Below are positions 29,387 through 38,685 of a stretch of DNA of 64,000 nucleotides, one piece after another. Within the stretch, counting starts at the first letter, position 1. Each line of letters opens with the position of its first letter. This DNA is from Acutalibacteraceae bacterium. Lineage in GTDB: Bacteria; Bacillota; Clostridia; Oscillospirales; Acutalibacteraceae. A model generated the notes under the pieces. It searched no databases, was not told the origin of the DNA, and was given only the letters and a program-made list of their open reading frames with translations. The stretch lies in contig JAZUPB010000035.1 in the NCBI GenBank assembly GCA_045604965.1, positions 54,774-118,773 on the forward strand, in the 5' to 3' direction. A program made the position numbers and the translations under genes.

Positions 29387-29416
29387 GCAAAAGCCCGAAG
29401 CAAAAAGCTCCGAGCC
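29387..29416 (-). terminator. intrinsic terminator after yolD-like gene
   Basis: The minus-strand RNA reads GGCUCGGAGC-UUUUU-GCUUCGGGCU (10-bp stem with two G·U pairs) followed by UUUUGCU. Confidence 0.45.
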
Positions 29417-29420
29417 TTAC

Positions 29421-29852
29421 TCAGTTTATTATTCCGAGAAGCATATCGCTCTCAATTTCCAGAATATCATCAACATCTATTTTATCTCCGTTGGTCAAAT
29501 ACATTATTCTCTTATATTCATTTATGCCCTTTAGTTTACCGCTTGCCTTGACATATTCGCCGCCGAACTTCATTTTGTCGTAAACAAAATATGTCACGGA
29601 AATCTGCGGCTGTGCTTCGGGCATTTCCGTGAGAATTCGCAATTTTGAATCCAACAGAGCTTTTGCATCTTCATCAAGCTCTATTTTTCTTGTTGTGAGT
29701 CTTGCTGTTTCATTTATTGCCGCACCGTGCCCTGTAAGTGCCGCAAAGGGCGAAAACTGCGCCGCTCGGTCAATTGGCGCCATTCTCGGATGCCTCTCTG
29801 ACGTATGGTGCGGAAGATTGATTATATCTTCGTACGATTTACTGCTGTTCAT
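29421..29852 (-). CDS. YolD-like protein (UmuD functional analogue partnering Y-family polymerases)
   Basis: 143-aa ORF directly downstream of the Y-family polymerase gene (14-nt gap). Its size and position are typical of the YolD family. Confidence 0.6.
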   Translation of the reverse strand: MNSSKSYEDIINLPHHTSERHPRMAPIDRAAQFSPFAALTGHGAAINETARLTTRKIELDEDAKALLDSKLRILTEMPEAQPQISVTYFVYDKMKFGGEYVKASGKLKGINEYKRIMYLTNGDKIDVDDILEIESDMLLGIIN

Positions 29853-29866
29853 AATATTTTCCTTTT

Positions 29867-31390
29867 CTACGCCTTGTGTCCGCCTATCTGTTTGTTCCTT
29901 TGGGCGGCAGTAGCATCCTCCTGAAGATTCATTCCTTTTAGAATAGAGTTTTTTCCGAAACGTCTTTTTATCGTCAGCATAGCTTTCTGCATATTCTTTT
30001 CTTTTTCAAGAGCAGCTCTTTTCTCTTCTTCCTGTTTTTGCCGTACTTCGTAATCAGTAAACAGATCAAGCTGATGAAACTCTGCAGGCCTTAATGCAGC
30101 AGCTTCGTCCACTACGTTATTTGCAGTAATATTAAGCCTTCTGACAAGAAGCTTCTTATCGGTTATTCTCTCATACAGCTCTGATGCCGCCTTTATTATT
30201 TCCTTTGCTGATGAAGTTTTCCCTTCGAGATTTATCGTCCCGTGTGCATGTTTAGGTATTTTTCTGCCGTAATGATCTGTGGTTATTGCACCTTTGTATT
30301 CGCTCTTTCTCTGAGGATCTGTCAGGTTTTCTATATCGTACCCGATTGTTATTACTATCTGATCCGTTACAAGTCCTTTGTCAACAAGATCCAGGGCAAG
30401 CTGATCTGCCATTTCCCTAATTATCAGATTCGCTTTATCATAGGTGTACGGACACTGCAGTACCTGTCCCGAGCCTATACTGTTTGTGGTCGGTTTATAT
30501 GCTTTTATTTCCGCTATGGTACAGGGCTCCCATCCCCAGGCGTGATCTATTAGAAGCTCTGCATTTACTCCGAACAGTCGGTAAAGAAGTTCTTCGTTAT
30601 AGAATTCATTTGCCTTTCCTATCGAGCAGCGCGCTATATCTCCCATAGTGTACAAGCCGTGTTCCTCAAGCTTCTTTGCATACCCTCTTCCCACTCTCCA
30701 GAAATCGGTCAGCGGTCTGTGTGTCCATAGCGTACGGCGGTAGCTCATTTCATCAAGCTCGGCTATACGCACTCCGTTTTCATCTGCCGGAACGTGTTTT
30801 GCAACTATGTCCATTGCAATCTTACAAAGATACATATTTGTTCCAACTCCTGCAGCTGCGGTTATTCCCGTATGTGCCATAACATCAAGTATCATCTTCA
30901 TTGCAAGCTCACGTCCGGTCAATCCGTAAGTCGCCAGATAATCTGTAGCGTCAATGAACACTTCATCTATAGAGTAGACGTGAATATCTTCCGCTGAAAC
31001 ATATTTTAGATACACCTTATATATAATGGTGCTGTATTCTATGTAGTGTGCCATTCTCGGCGGTGCTGCAATATAGTCTATGGCAAGCTGAGGGTTTGCC
31101 TTGAGCTCTGTGTCACTGCAGGACGACCCTGTAAATACTTTTTCCGGCGCTTTCTGACGACGCTCGGCATTTGCTGCTCTGACTGTCTGTACCACCTCAA
31201 AAAGACGTGCTCTGCCCGATATTCCGTAAGCTTTCAGTGACGGCGACACCGCAAGACATATAGTCTTTTCCGTTCGGCTTTCATCTGCTACAACCAGATT
31301 TGTGGTCATAGGATCAAGTCCTCGATTGATACACTCCACCGAAGCGTAAAATGATTTTAAATCGATCGCAATATACGTTCTGTTTTTCAC
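29867..31390 (-). CDS. Y-family (UmuC/DinB/ImpB-type) translesion DNA polymerase
   Basis: 507-aa ORF with N-terminal IAIDLKSFYASVE and catalytic Asp/Glu palm motifs (SIDEVFID), then little-finger and C-terminal regions. Confidence 0.85.
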   Translation of the reverse strand: MKNRTYIAIDLKSFYASVECINRGLDPMTTNLVVADESRTEKTICLAVSPSLKAYGISGRARLFEVVQTVRAANAERRQKAPEKVFTGSSCSDTELKANPQLAIDYIAAPPRMAHYIEYSTIIYKVYLKYVSAEDIHVYSIDEVFIDATDYLATYGLTGRELAMKMILDVMAHTGITAAAGVGTNMYLCKIAMDIVAKHVPADENGVRIAELDEMSYRRTLWTHRPLTDFWRVGRGYAKKLEEHGLYTMGDIARCSIGKANEFYNEELLYRLFGVNAELLIDHAWGWEPCTIAEIKAYKPTTNSIGSGQVLQCPYTYDKANLIIREMADQLALDLVDKGLVTDQIVITIGYDIENLTDPQRKSEYKGAITTDHYGRKIPKHAHGTINLEGKTSSAKEIIKAASELYERITDKKLLVRRLNITANNVVDEAAALRPAEFHQLDLFTDYEVRQKQEEEKRAALEKEKNMQKAMLTIKRRFGKNSILKGMNLQEDATAAQRNKQIGGHKA

Positions 31391-31451
31391 TCTTCGGCAG
31401 CCTCCTTTATCGATTATTTATAGTGTAACACATCTACATTAATTTGTGAAT

Positions 31452-31465
31452 GGAAAAATCGTACA
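31452..31465 (-). promoter_or_regulatory. LexA (Cheo-type SOS) box upstream of Y-family polymerase operon
   Basis: The minus strand reads CGAACATTTGTACG, against the consensus CGAACRNRYGTTCG (one mismatch). It is palindromic and lies about 62-75 nt upstream of the polymerase ATG. Confidence 0.6.
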
Positions 31466-31586
31466 AATGTTCGCGTTTTTGCTGATTTATTTCCTATAAT
31501 ATTATTCTCTTTGAAACAAACTGATTTTTTGCTATAATATTTTATATCAATACAGGAGCAATGCCGCATTTCTGTTGCGGTCGGTT

Positions 31587-32096
31587 ATGAATATGATAAT
31601 AAATAAAAGCTTTTTTGAAAGAGACAGACTTACAGTTGCTCCGGAATTAGTCGGAAAGCTGTTGGTCTGCCGTACAGAAAACGGGATAATAAGACAACGC
31701 ATCACTGAAACCGAAGCATATGGTACTGAAGAAGATACTGCCTGTCACGCTCACAGAGGCAGGACTCCCAGAAACGAAGTGCTTTATATGGAAGGCGGAC
31801 TTGTATACGTATATCTGTGCTACGGTGTACACTGGCTTCTTAACGTGATAACAGGTGCTCCCGAATCGCCTCAGGGAGTTCTTATACGCGCCTGCGAAGG
31901 TGCTCCCGGTCCCGGAAGACTTACCAAGGCCGCCGGAATAAACGGTTCCTTCAACCGTATGTATTACTGCGAAAAAAGCGGTATATGGTTTGAGGACGAT
32001 GGCTTTGAGTGCGAGGTCGCCACAGGCAAACGCATTGGTATAGGCTACGCCTCTCAGGAAGATCAGAACAAGCCGTGGCGGTTTATTATGAAATAG
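31587..32096 (+). CDS. DNA-3-methyladenine glycosylase (Mpg/AAG family)
   Basis: The ORF track starts at TTG 31575. The ATG at 31587 (MNMIINKSFF) is preferred. Family motifs are present (…ETEAYGTEEDTACHAHRG…GLVYVYLCYG…). Confidence 0.75.
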   Translation: MNMIINKSFFERDRLTVAPELVGKLLVCRTENGIIRQRITETEAYGTEEDTACHAHRGRTPRNEVLYMEGGLVYVYLCYGVHWLLNVITGAPESPQGVLIRACEGAPGPGRLTKAAGINGSFNRMYYCEKSGIWFEDDGFECEVATGKRIGIGYASQEDQNKPWRFIMK

Positions 32097-32186
32097 CAAT
32101 GTATTAAGAACACTTAAGAATTGTGATGAATAGTTGAATTTTTTTCTGATTATGTTAAAATTATTTTGTTTCCGGAGGTGAATGCT

Positions 32187-33125
32187 ATGAAAAAGCTTAT
32201 GCTTGTTATCAACCCCAACGCAGGCAAGAAAAAGATACGTACCCAGCTTTGCCCTCTTGTTGAGCGACTTTACGAAAACGGTTATATTTCAACTGTATAT
32301 ATTACCGATCCCGTTTTTGGCGCTGCCAAAATAATAGATAACTACTCCGATGAATACGATGTAATTGTCTGCAGCGGCGGTGACGGCACCCTCAATCAGG
32401 TCATAAGCAGACTCATTCGAAAAGATAAGCGTCCGCCTATAGGATACATACCTGCCGGAACTGCAAATGATGTTGCAAAAAGTCTGGATCTTTCAACCGA
32501 CATAATAAAGGCTGCTGATGATATTGTTACAGCAGTTCCCACACCCTTTGATGTCGGCACATTCGGAAGCTCCAATTTTATCTATATCGCTTCCTTCGGC
32601 GCTTTTACCGAAGCCTCCTACTCTACTCCTCAGATTCAGAAAAATGCACTGGGGCATTTTGCATACGTATTGCAAGGACTCAAGAGCGTTCAGAATATCA
32701 AGTCATATCACGTGAAAATTGAAACTGAAAACGCTGTTTACGAGGATGACTACGTTTTTGGTGCTATGATCAACTCTTTTTCATTTGCAGGTATGTTCAA
32801 GCTGGATAAAAACGAGGTCGTTTTTGATGACGGTATGTTTGAGGTTATGCTTATAAAAACTCCGCGAACCATAACTCAGCTTCAGAACGCCGCAGTTTCA
32901 CTGCTTTCAAAAAAATATGACGATCAGTATGTTACCTTCTTTCATGCATCAAAGCTTAAGGTAACCTGCAATGAGCCTATTGCGTGGACCACTGACGGAG
33001 AGTTTGGCGATGTTTATAAATCGGTATCTCTTTCAGTCCACAAACAGGCAGTTCAGCTTCTTCTCAAAGACGGCACTTTCCTCGGCGGACTCAAACCATC
33101 CGAGCAGGAATCAATTACCGAATAA
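32187..33125 (+). CDS. diacylglycerol/lipid kinase family protein (DagK/YegS-like)
   Basis: RBS GGAGGTGA precedes the ATG at 32187. Motifs: LVINPNAGKK and CSGGDGTLNQV. Confidence 0.8.
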   Translation: MKKLMLVINPNAGKKKIRTQLCPLVERLYENGYISTVYITDPVFGAAKIIDNYSDEYDVIVCSGGDGTLNQVISRLIRKDKRPPIGYIPAGTANDVAKSLDLSTDIIKAADDIVTAVPTPFDVGTFGSSNFIYIASFGAFTEASYSTPQIQKNALGHFAYVLQGLKSVQNIKSYHVKIETENAVYEDDYVFGAMINSFSFAGMFKLDKNEVVFDDGMFEVMLIKTPRTITQLQNAAVSLLSKKYDDQYVTFFHASKLKVTCNEPIAWTTDGEFGDVYKSVSLSVHKQAVQLLLKDGTFLGGLKPSEQESITE

Positions 33126-33165
33126 CAAAACGGAATGCAGTATCTTTTCTGCGTTCCGTTTTTCT

Positions 33166-33203
33166 TATGAAAAAACGCATCGGAATTATATTCCGATGCG
33201 TTT
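33166..33203. terminator. bidirectional terminator between convergent dagK-like and PBP genes
   Basis: AACGCATCGGAAT / ATTCCGATGCGTT 13-bp perfect inverted repeat flanked by an A-run and a T-run. A second hairpin lies at 33128-33163. Confidence 0.6.
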
Positions 33204-33209
33204 TCTGCG

Positions 33210-36065
33210 TTATTCTGCGTTAGCTCCTGACTCCGGTTCCGGCTCAGCGGCCTTTGTAGTGGTCGTCGTAGTCGTTGTAGTCGTGGGCTTCGTAGTAGTG
33301 GTAGTCGTCGTAGTAGTGGTAGTCGTCGTAGTAGTAGTCGTAGTAGTTGTTGTTGAAGACGTGGTGGATTTAGATGTTGATGAAGTGGTAGACTCCGACG
33401 ATGTTGTTGTCGATGTAGTAGACGATGAGGTAGGAGGCTCTGTTGTTATAACCGGCGGCAGAGTCGTTGACGCTGTTGTCGGTGCTGTTGTGGTCTCGCT
33501 TTCATCCGTTGATTCACTTTCATCCGTTCCAAACGAACTCTTATTCGTCAGGAATCTTGTGTATGCATCGTTTGCCGTACCGCCTCCGTGTACCGGGCAT
33601 ATAGGCATCTTGGAGTTCTTGTGGAAATAGCCTGTCGCCGTTGACGGACAGCTTGCACTTGCAATTCCGCCGGATGTTGCGCAATATTTGCGTGATACAA
33701 TATTTCCGCTCATATTTATAAACTTCTTTGAATCAAGGCCCTTATGAGCAGCATTCATAACAAGCTTCCAAGCCGACAAAGCGTGGTTGGGGCTGGTTAT
33801 TTCAAGCTTTGCAGGTATATCATAGCCAAACCAGCAGGCAGCTACATAATGTGATGTGCCACCGGCAAAGTATCTGTCCTTGTTGTCAGATGTAGTACCT
33901 GTTTTGCCGAATGTCGTATGACCGCTGATCTTTGCTTGACGTCCTGTTCCTATTGAACCGTTTACCGGCATACGGAGCAGATAGTTCATAATTGTTGCGG
34001 AATCCTTTGAGAATGCCTGTGTGGGAACATTCTTAGTGTTGTCTATAAGAATATTTCCGTCTGCGTCATAAACCTTTGAATAGAACATCGGCTCGTAAAG
34101 CTTACCGCCGTTGCCGAATGTTGCGTATGCCGCAGTCATTTCAAGAACTGTGACACCGTCAGTCAATGCGCCGAGACATGTAGACGGGTTCTTATCGCTG
34201 AATACTGTTCCGCCTACAGTTCTGCTGGATACAAGATTCAGTCCGAGTCTTTCCGTCATAAAGTCAAATGCCTTGGAATAGCCGATATAGGTGGATATTC
34301 GTACTGCAACACAGTTTGCAGAAATCTCTATCGCTCTTGCTGTGGGGATATTTTTACCCGTGTAGCTGGAGTAACCTGAGTTTTTAGGCCAGTTCTTTCC
34401 GTTAACCTTAAGTGACGGAGAGTTTGTTACCGGTGTGGAATACTCAAGATATCCCATCTCTACGGCAGGTCCGTAAACAGATACGGGCTTAAATGCAGAA
34501 CCCGGCTGACGCTGTGACTGTGTCGCTCTGTTGAGAACAAGGTCCTGTGACTTTGTTCCTCGACCGCCGCTGAGAGCCTTTACCTCGCCTTCGTAGTTCA
34601 TAACTACTATAGCGCACTGGGGCTGAGTCTTCTTCGGGAACTTTTTGAAATTGCTGGCGTTTGCAAAAAGATCATCGACTTTTTTCTGAAGATCGAGATC
34701 CATACAGGAATATATCTGAAGACCACCGTTATAAACAGCAAGTCTTGCCTCTGTCTCTGTCATTCCTGCCTTCTTCTGAAGGTCTTCTCTGAGTTCATAG
34801 ATGATCTGGTCAACGTACCAGTTGTTGTAGCTCTTTGTTTCAGGATTGTATCTGGCGCCTTCGTTATAGACCATTTCTTCTATCTCGATTTTTGCCTGAT
34901 CATACTCTTCCTGGGTTATAAAGTTATTGTTCAGCATTTCCTGCAGAACCCACTGAGCTCTTTCCTTATTGTTATCAGGCTGATAAAGAGGATTGAACTT
35001 TGACGGGTTCTTTGTTATTCCTGCAATACAGCAGGATTCCGCCAGCGAAAGCTGGGCTGCTTCCTTGTTGAAATAAGTCTTCGCTGCAGCCTGAACACCG
35101 TTACAGCCGTTGCCAAGAGCGATAACATTCATATATGACTCAAGAATGGTCTTCTTAGAATACTGCCGCTCAAGTTCAAGCGCTTTGAATATCTCCTTGA
35201 GCTTACGCTCAATGCTGACTTCATTCTCTTCCGTGACGTTTTTGATAAGCTGTTGGGTTATTGTCGAACCACCCTGTGCGTCATCTGAAAGATGCAGGAA
35301 CATATTACCGAATGCGAATATGGTTCTTCTCCAGTCAACACCCGAATGAGTCCAGTAACGCTTGTCTTCGATAGCAACAAATGCATCTCTGGTGTTTTCG
35401 GGAATATCCTCATAGTTTACCCAGATTCTGTTTTCCGAGCCGTGAAGCTCCTGATAAACATAATAGGTTCCGTCATCATTTTCGACATATATTGAAGACG
35501 TGTAGCTCATCTTGAGGTTATAAAGGTCGAAGTCTATATCCTTATCAAGGAACGCGAGAACATAAATCATCGCTGTTGCTCCGACTATACATCCTGTCAT
35601 TATGCAAATAAGAAGCACTGTTGCTATTGCCTGCATAACAAACTTAAGAATGCCGCCTGTGATCTTCCACCACTTCGGCACATTCTTTTTACGGCGTTTA
35701 TAGTCCTCATCATACTTACTGCGGGTCTGTGACCGCACAGTTTCCCTTCTTTCATCGGGAACATACTGAGCACGCACTGTCTCGTCTATATGGATTTTCG
35801 GTCTCTGCGGCTTCGCTCCTGCAGTTCGTACAGTCTCTTCTCTCCTGTCGTTCCTGCTGCCGCTGTTCTCTACCCATACTCGCGGATAGTGCTGTTCTTC
35901 ATTGCTCTTTACGGAAGGATTTCTTAAGTTTGCAAAAAATACCCTCAGGTCAATTTTAAGATTTTCCCACGTATCAACGCAGGCATTTCCGAAGTTCTGT
36001 GCAAATATCTTGGTCTTTTTCATAAACTTTGAGAAAAATGCCTTCATTTTTTCCGAAAAGCTCAA
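33210..36065 (-). CDS. class A penicillin-binding protein (PBP1A-type transglycosylase-transpeptidase) with Thr/Ser-rich C-terminal tail
   Basis: The maximal ORF runs to 36143, where the codon is TTG. Initiation is more likely at TTG 36065 or ATG 36047, downstream of GGAGG. GT51 motifs (EDKRYWTHSGVD, GGSTITQQL) and transpeptidase SxxK/SxN/KTG motifs are present. The last roughly 120 aa are almost pure T/S. Confidence 0.8.
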   Translation of the reverse strand: MSFSEKMKAFFSKFMKKTKIFAQNFGNACVDTWENLKIDLRVFFANLRNPSVKSNEEQHYPRVWVENSGSRNDRREETVRTAGAKPQRPKIHIDETVRAQYVPDERRETVRSQTRSKYDEDYKRRKKNVPKWWKITGGILKFVMQAIATVLLICIMTGCIVGATAMIYVLAFLDKDIDFDLYNLKMSYTSSIYVENDDGTYYVYQELHGSENRIWVNYEDIPENTRDAFVAIEDKRYWTHSGVDWRRTIFAFGNMFLHLSDDAQGGSTITQQLIKNVTEENEVSIERKLKEIFKALELERQYSKKTILESYMNVIALGNGCNGVQAAAKTYFNKEAAQLSLAESCCIAGITKNPSKFNPLYQPDNNKERAQWVLQEMLNNNFITQEEYDQAKIEIEEMVYNEGARYNPETKSYNNWYVDQIIYELREDLQKKAGMTETEARLAVYNGGLQIYSCMDLDLQKKVDDLFANASNFKKFPKKTQPQCAIVVMNYEGEVKALSGGRGTKSQDLVLNRATQSQRQPGSAFKPVSVYGPAVEMGYLEYSTPVTNSPSLKVNGKNWPKNSGYSSYTGKNIPTARAIEISANCVAVRISTYIGYSKAFDFMTERLGLNLVSSRTVGGTVFSDKNPSTCLGALTDGVTVLEMTAAYATFGNGGKLYEPMFYSKVYDADGNILIDNTKNVPTQAFSKDSATIMNYLLRMPVNGSIGTGRQAKISGHTTFGKTGTTSDNKDRYFAGGTSHYVAACWFGYDIPAKLEITSPNHALSAWKLVMNAAHKGLDSKKFINMSGNIVSRKYCATSGGIASASCPSTATGYFHKNSKMPICPVHGGGTANDAYTRFLTNKSSFGTDESESTDESETTTAPTTASTTLPPVITTEPPTSSSTTSTTTSSESTTSSTSKSTTSSTTTTTTTTTTTTTTTTTTTTTKPTTTTTTTTTTKAAEPEPESGANAE

Positions 36066-36180
36066 TGCAGTTTCGCCTCCTTCAATATCGGATAAGGCTT
36101 TTGTCCATCTTTTCTTTGAATAAAGCCTGTTATGGGGTGTCAAAATAAAATAAATACAAAACAGAAAGGACTGTTAGACT

Positions 36181-36507
36181 TTGAATAACAAATTTTTTCT
36201 CTCAGCCTGTGCAGCACTGATTCTTTCTGCTGTACTGATTTTTATGGCTGCTGTTTTTCCGGGATTTAACGGTACTGCCGCTCAGACATCCGGCAGCATC
36301 CAGGAAGCCGACGCTCCGACTTCATACACTGTAAAATCCTTCGGTGATAAAATAGGCATTTTTACCGGCAGCAGCGACAAACCGATAAAAACCATCAGCA
36401 TTGATCCCGCATCACTCCCCCGTGACGCTCAGATCCTTCTGGAGAAGGGTATAACCGTAAAAAATCACGAGGAGCTTCTTCTCCTCATTGAGGACTATAT
36501 CGGTTGA
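36181..36507 (+). CDS. small secreted/membrane-anchored protein, function unknown
   Basis: 108-aa ORF with an N-terminal signal-anchor. Confidence 0.5.
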   Translation: MNNKFFLSACAALILSAVLIFMAAVFPGFNGTAAQTSGSIQEADAPTSYTVKSFGDKIGIFTGSSDKPIKTISIDPASLPRDAQILLEKGITVKNHEELLLLIEDYIG

Positions 36508-36801
36508 TCCACATACTTCTCTTCTGTATATTATATCTTTTTTCCTTGTAATAATCAACTGCTTAATTTAATGTCTTTTGTCATTATTTCGGTGTTTTTT
36601 TTACAAATTTTTAAACAATTTGATAATCCCACAAAATTCTCTGCAGCTGCCCTTACTTTTTTGGGCAGCTTTTTTCTTCGTAATTTCTCTTTTGGAATGT
36701 TCAAAAAAACTTTAGTTTTTTTGATTTTAATAAAGACAAAAGTACATTTATAGTGTATAATGTTTTTTACATTTCATATTGCTTTGGCTCGGAGGATAAT
36801 T

Positions 36802-38685
36802 ATGGCAAGCAACAAAAAAACTCAGGCTGAATACTATCCAATCAAATCTATGATGAACGGTGTCGCTATGGCTCTGTTTGTCGCTATAACAATATTTTTC
36901 CCTTTTGTCATGAGCACCGAAAAATATTTCAATATTACCAAGACAAAAAAATCCTGGTTTATCGGAATTGCTGTTATCGGGTGCATCGTTGCCCTCTTTG
37001 CTATGCTCCTCAGCTACAGCACAAGAACATCAAAGCCTGTTTATAAGTCACGTAAAATCGTACTTTCTGAAAGACGCGGAATTCCTCAGAATTTACTCGA
37101 GCTTTTTACCGTTATCCGTTATGTTTTTCTTTTCATAGCTTCAGCCTCAACCGCTGTTACTCTTATCGGTCTTTTCATCGGCGGTAAGCTCCTCACTATA
37201 GGAGTTCTGGCTCTCTGTATATCCGGCGCACTGCTTGCAGCCGTTCATATTGTCTGCTGCCTTGGCACCCCACGCCAGGAACAGATCATAGTCAAGTGCG
37301 ACAATGCGTTTACTAACTTCCTGCGAACCTTGACTTTGCCCGATGTTGCTATACTTCTTTACTGGGGTTGCATGCTTATTTCTTCCCTCAGCTCTGACAG
37401 CCCTATTGAAAGTATTATTGGTCTTGAAAAAAGAAATAACGGATTTTTTATTCAGACACTATATATCGCTGTGTACTTTATTATTTCCAGAGGCCTTGTT
37501 TTCAAGAACATCAAGGCTCAGCTTCTTATTTTTAGCGGCACTGCCGTTTCTGTGGTATCAATCCTCCATTATTTCGGCATCGATCTTTATGAAACAAACT
37601 ACGCAATTCCCCGCTGGCAGGTCGAAATGTACGCTTCCAAAACCGCTCGTACAAATGCAGGTACAAACTTCCTCGGCTCCATAGGAAATATCAATCTTCT
37701 CAGCTATGTTATCGTTATATGCTTTGTTGCCGCTGTACTTCTTTATATTGTGAATTCCCAGCCATCCTGGGACAAATACGGTATTGCTACACTCTCCTGC
37801 TGTTTTATTATGGCATTCGGTGAAAGATGCACACGCACAGATGCAGGTATCGTTGCAATAGTTGGCGCAGCATTCTTTGCTGTTGTTGTAACCTGCAATT
37901 CAGTTGACAGACTCAGACGAATCTGTATAAGCTTCGGTATTTCTACTCTCGGATGGTGTCTAAACCTTTTTATTGTAAAACACCATCTCCAGCGAATCTC
38001 TGTGGATACTACAAGTAAGGCACTGTTCTGCGGTGCTGTTATTCTCCTTGCAGCAGGTATAATTATGGCCCTGTTTTCTGATAGACTGAACCGTATAAAT
38101 GGTAAAATTATTCGTTTCAGTGCCTGGGGAATAATGGCTCTCGGTGTTATTTCCGTATGTACCCTTGCCATATCTGCCGCAAAAACCAAAACCTACGGAA
38201 CCTTCTATGAATTCGGTCAGATGCTTCTCGGCAACTTCGAGGAAAACTTCGGCAATTCAAGAGGTAAGATATGGATGAAATCTGTACAGCTTATTGACGA
38301 AAATCCCCTTTTCGGTATTGGCCCCGATAGATTTGCTACAGTATTCAGTGAAAAGCTCGGCGTACTGTTTAAGGGCAAGATACTTGACAAGGCTCACAAC
38401 GAATACCTTGATGTGCTCATATGCAACGGTATTATCGGTCTCGGTCTTTTTATGACATTCCTTGTCGGACTTCTTTTACGTACCATTCGCCGCTCATCAA
38501 AGCTGCCTGCCGCAGGAGCACTTGCTGTTGTTATTTTTGCATATATGACTCACGCTTTCTTCGGCTATCAGCTGCCGCTGCAGTCTCCTGTTGTCTGGGC
38601 AGTCCTCGGACTTGCAGGCTCCGCCTGCTTCGCAGAGTGCGAAGTCTCTGAAGCTTCCGTTTCTCTGAAAGGACAGAACAAATGA
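36802..38685 (+). CDS. O-antigen ligase (Wzy_C/WaaL-like) domain polytopic membrane protein
   Basis: The ORF track starts at 36760. The ATG at 36802 follows GGAGG. The protein has more than 10 TM helices and a NEYLDVL…GIIGL motif typical of O-antigen ligase-like proteins. Confidence 0.6.
   Translation: MASNKKTQAEYYPIKSMMNGVAMALFVAITIFFPFVMSTEKYFNITKTKKSWFIGIAVIGCIVALFAMLLSYSTRTSKPVYKSRKIVLSERRGIPQNLLELFTVIRYVFLFIASASTAVTLIGLFIGGKLLTIGVLALCISGALLAAVHIVCCLGTPRQEQIIVKCDNAFTNFLRTLTLPDVAILLYWGCMLISSLSSDSPIESIIGLEKRNNGFFIQTLYIAVYFIISRGLVFKNIKAQLLIFSGTAVSVVSILHYFGIDLYETNYAIPRWQVEMYASKTARTNAGTNFLGSIGNINLLSYVIVICFVAAVLLYIVNSQPSWDKYGIATLSCCFIMAFGERCTRTDAGIVAIVGAAFFAVVVTCNSVDRLRRICISFGISTLGWCLNLFIVKHHLQRISVDTTSKALFCGAVILLAAGIIMALFSDRLNRINGKIIRFSAWGIMALGVISVCTLAISAAKTKTYGTFYEFGQMLLGNFEENFGNSRGKIWMKSVQLIDENPLFGIGPDRFATVFSEKLGVLFKGKILDKAHNEYLDVLICNGIIGLGLFMTFLVGLLLRTIRRSSKLPAAGALAVVIFAYMTHAFFGYQLPLQSPVVWAVLGLAGSACFAECEVSEASVSLKGQNK

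Noticed and set aside
32971-33630. 219-aa plus-strand ORF with poly-Val run
   Set aside because: It is antisense to the Thr/Ser-repeat tail of the PBP gene, and is an artefact of low-complexity sequence lacking stop codons.
36065-36143. Very long N-terminal extension of PBP1A starting at 36143
   Set aside because: The codon at 36143 is TTG with no RBS. A GGAGG lies upstream of TTG 36065 / ATG 36047, so the shorter start is preferred.
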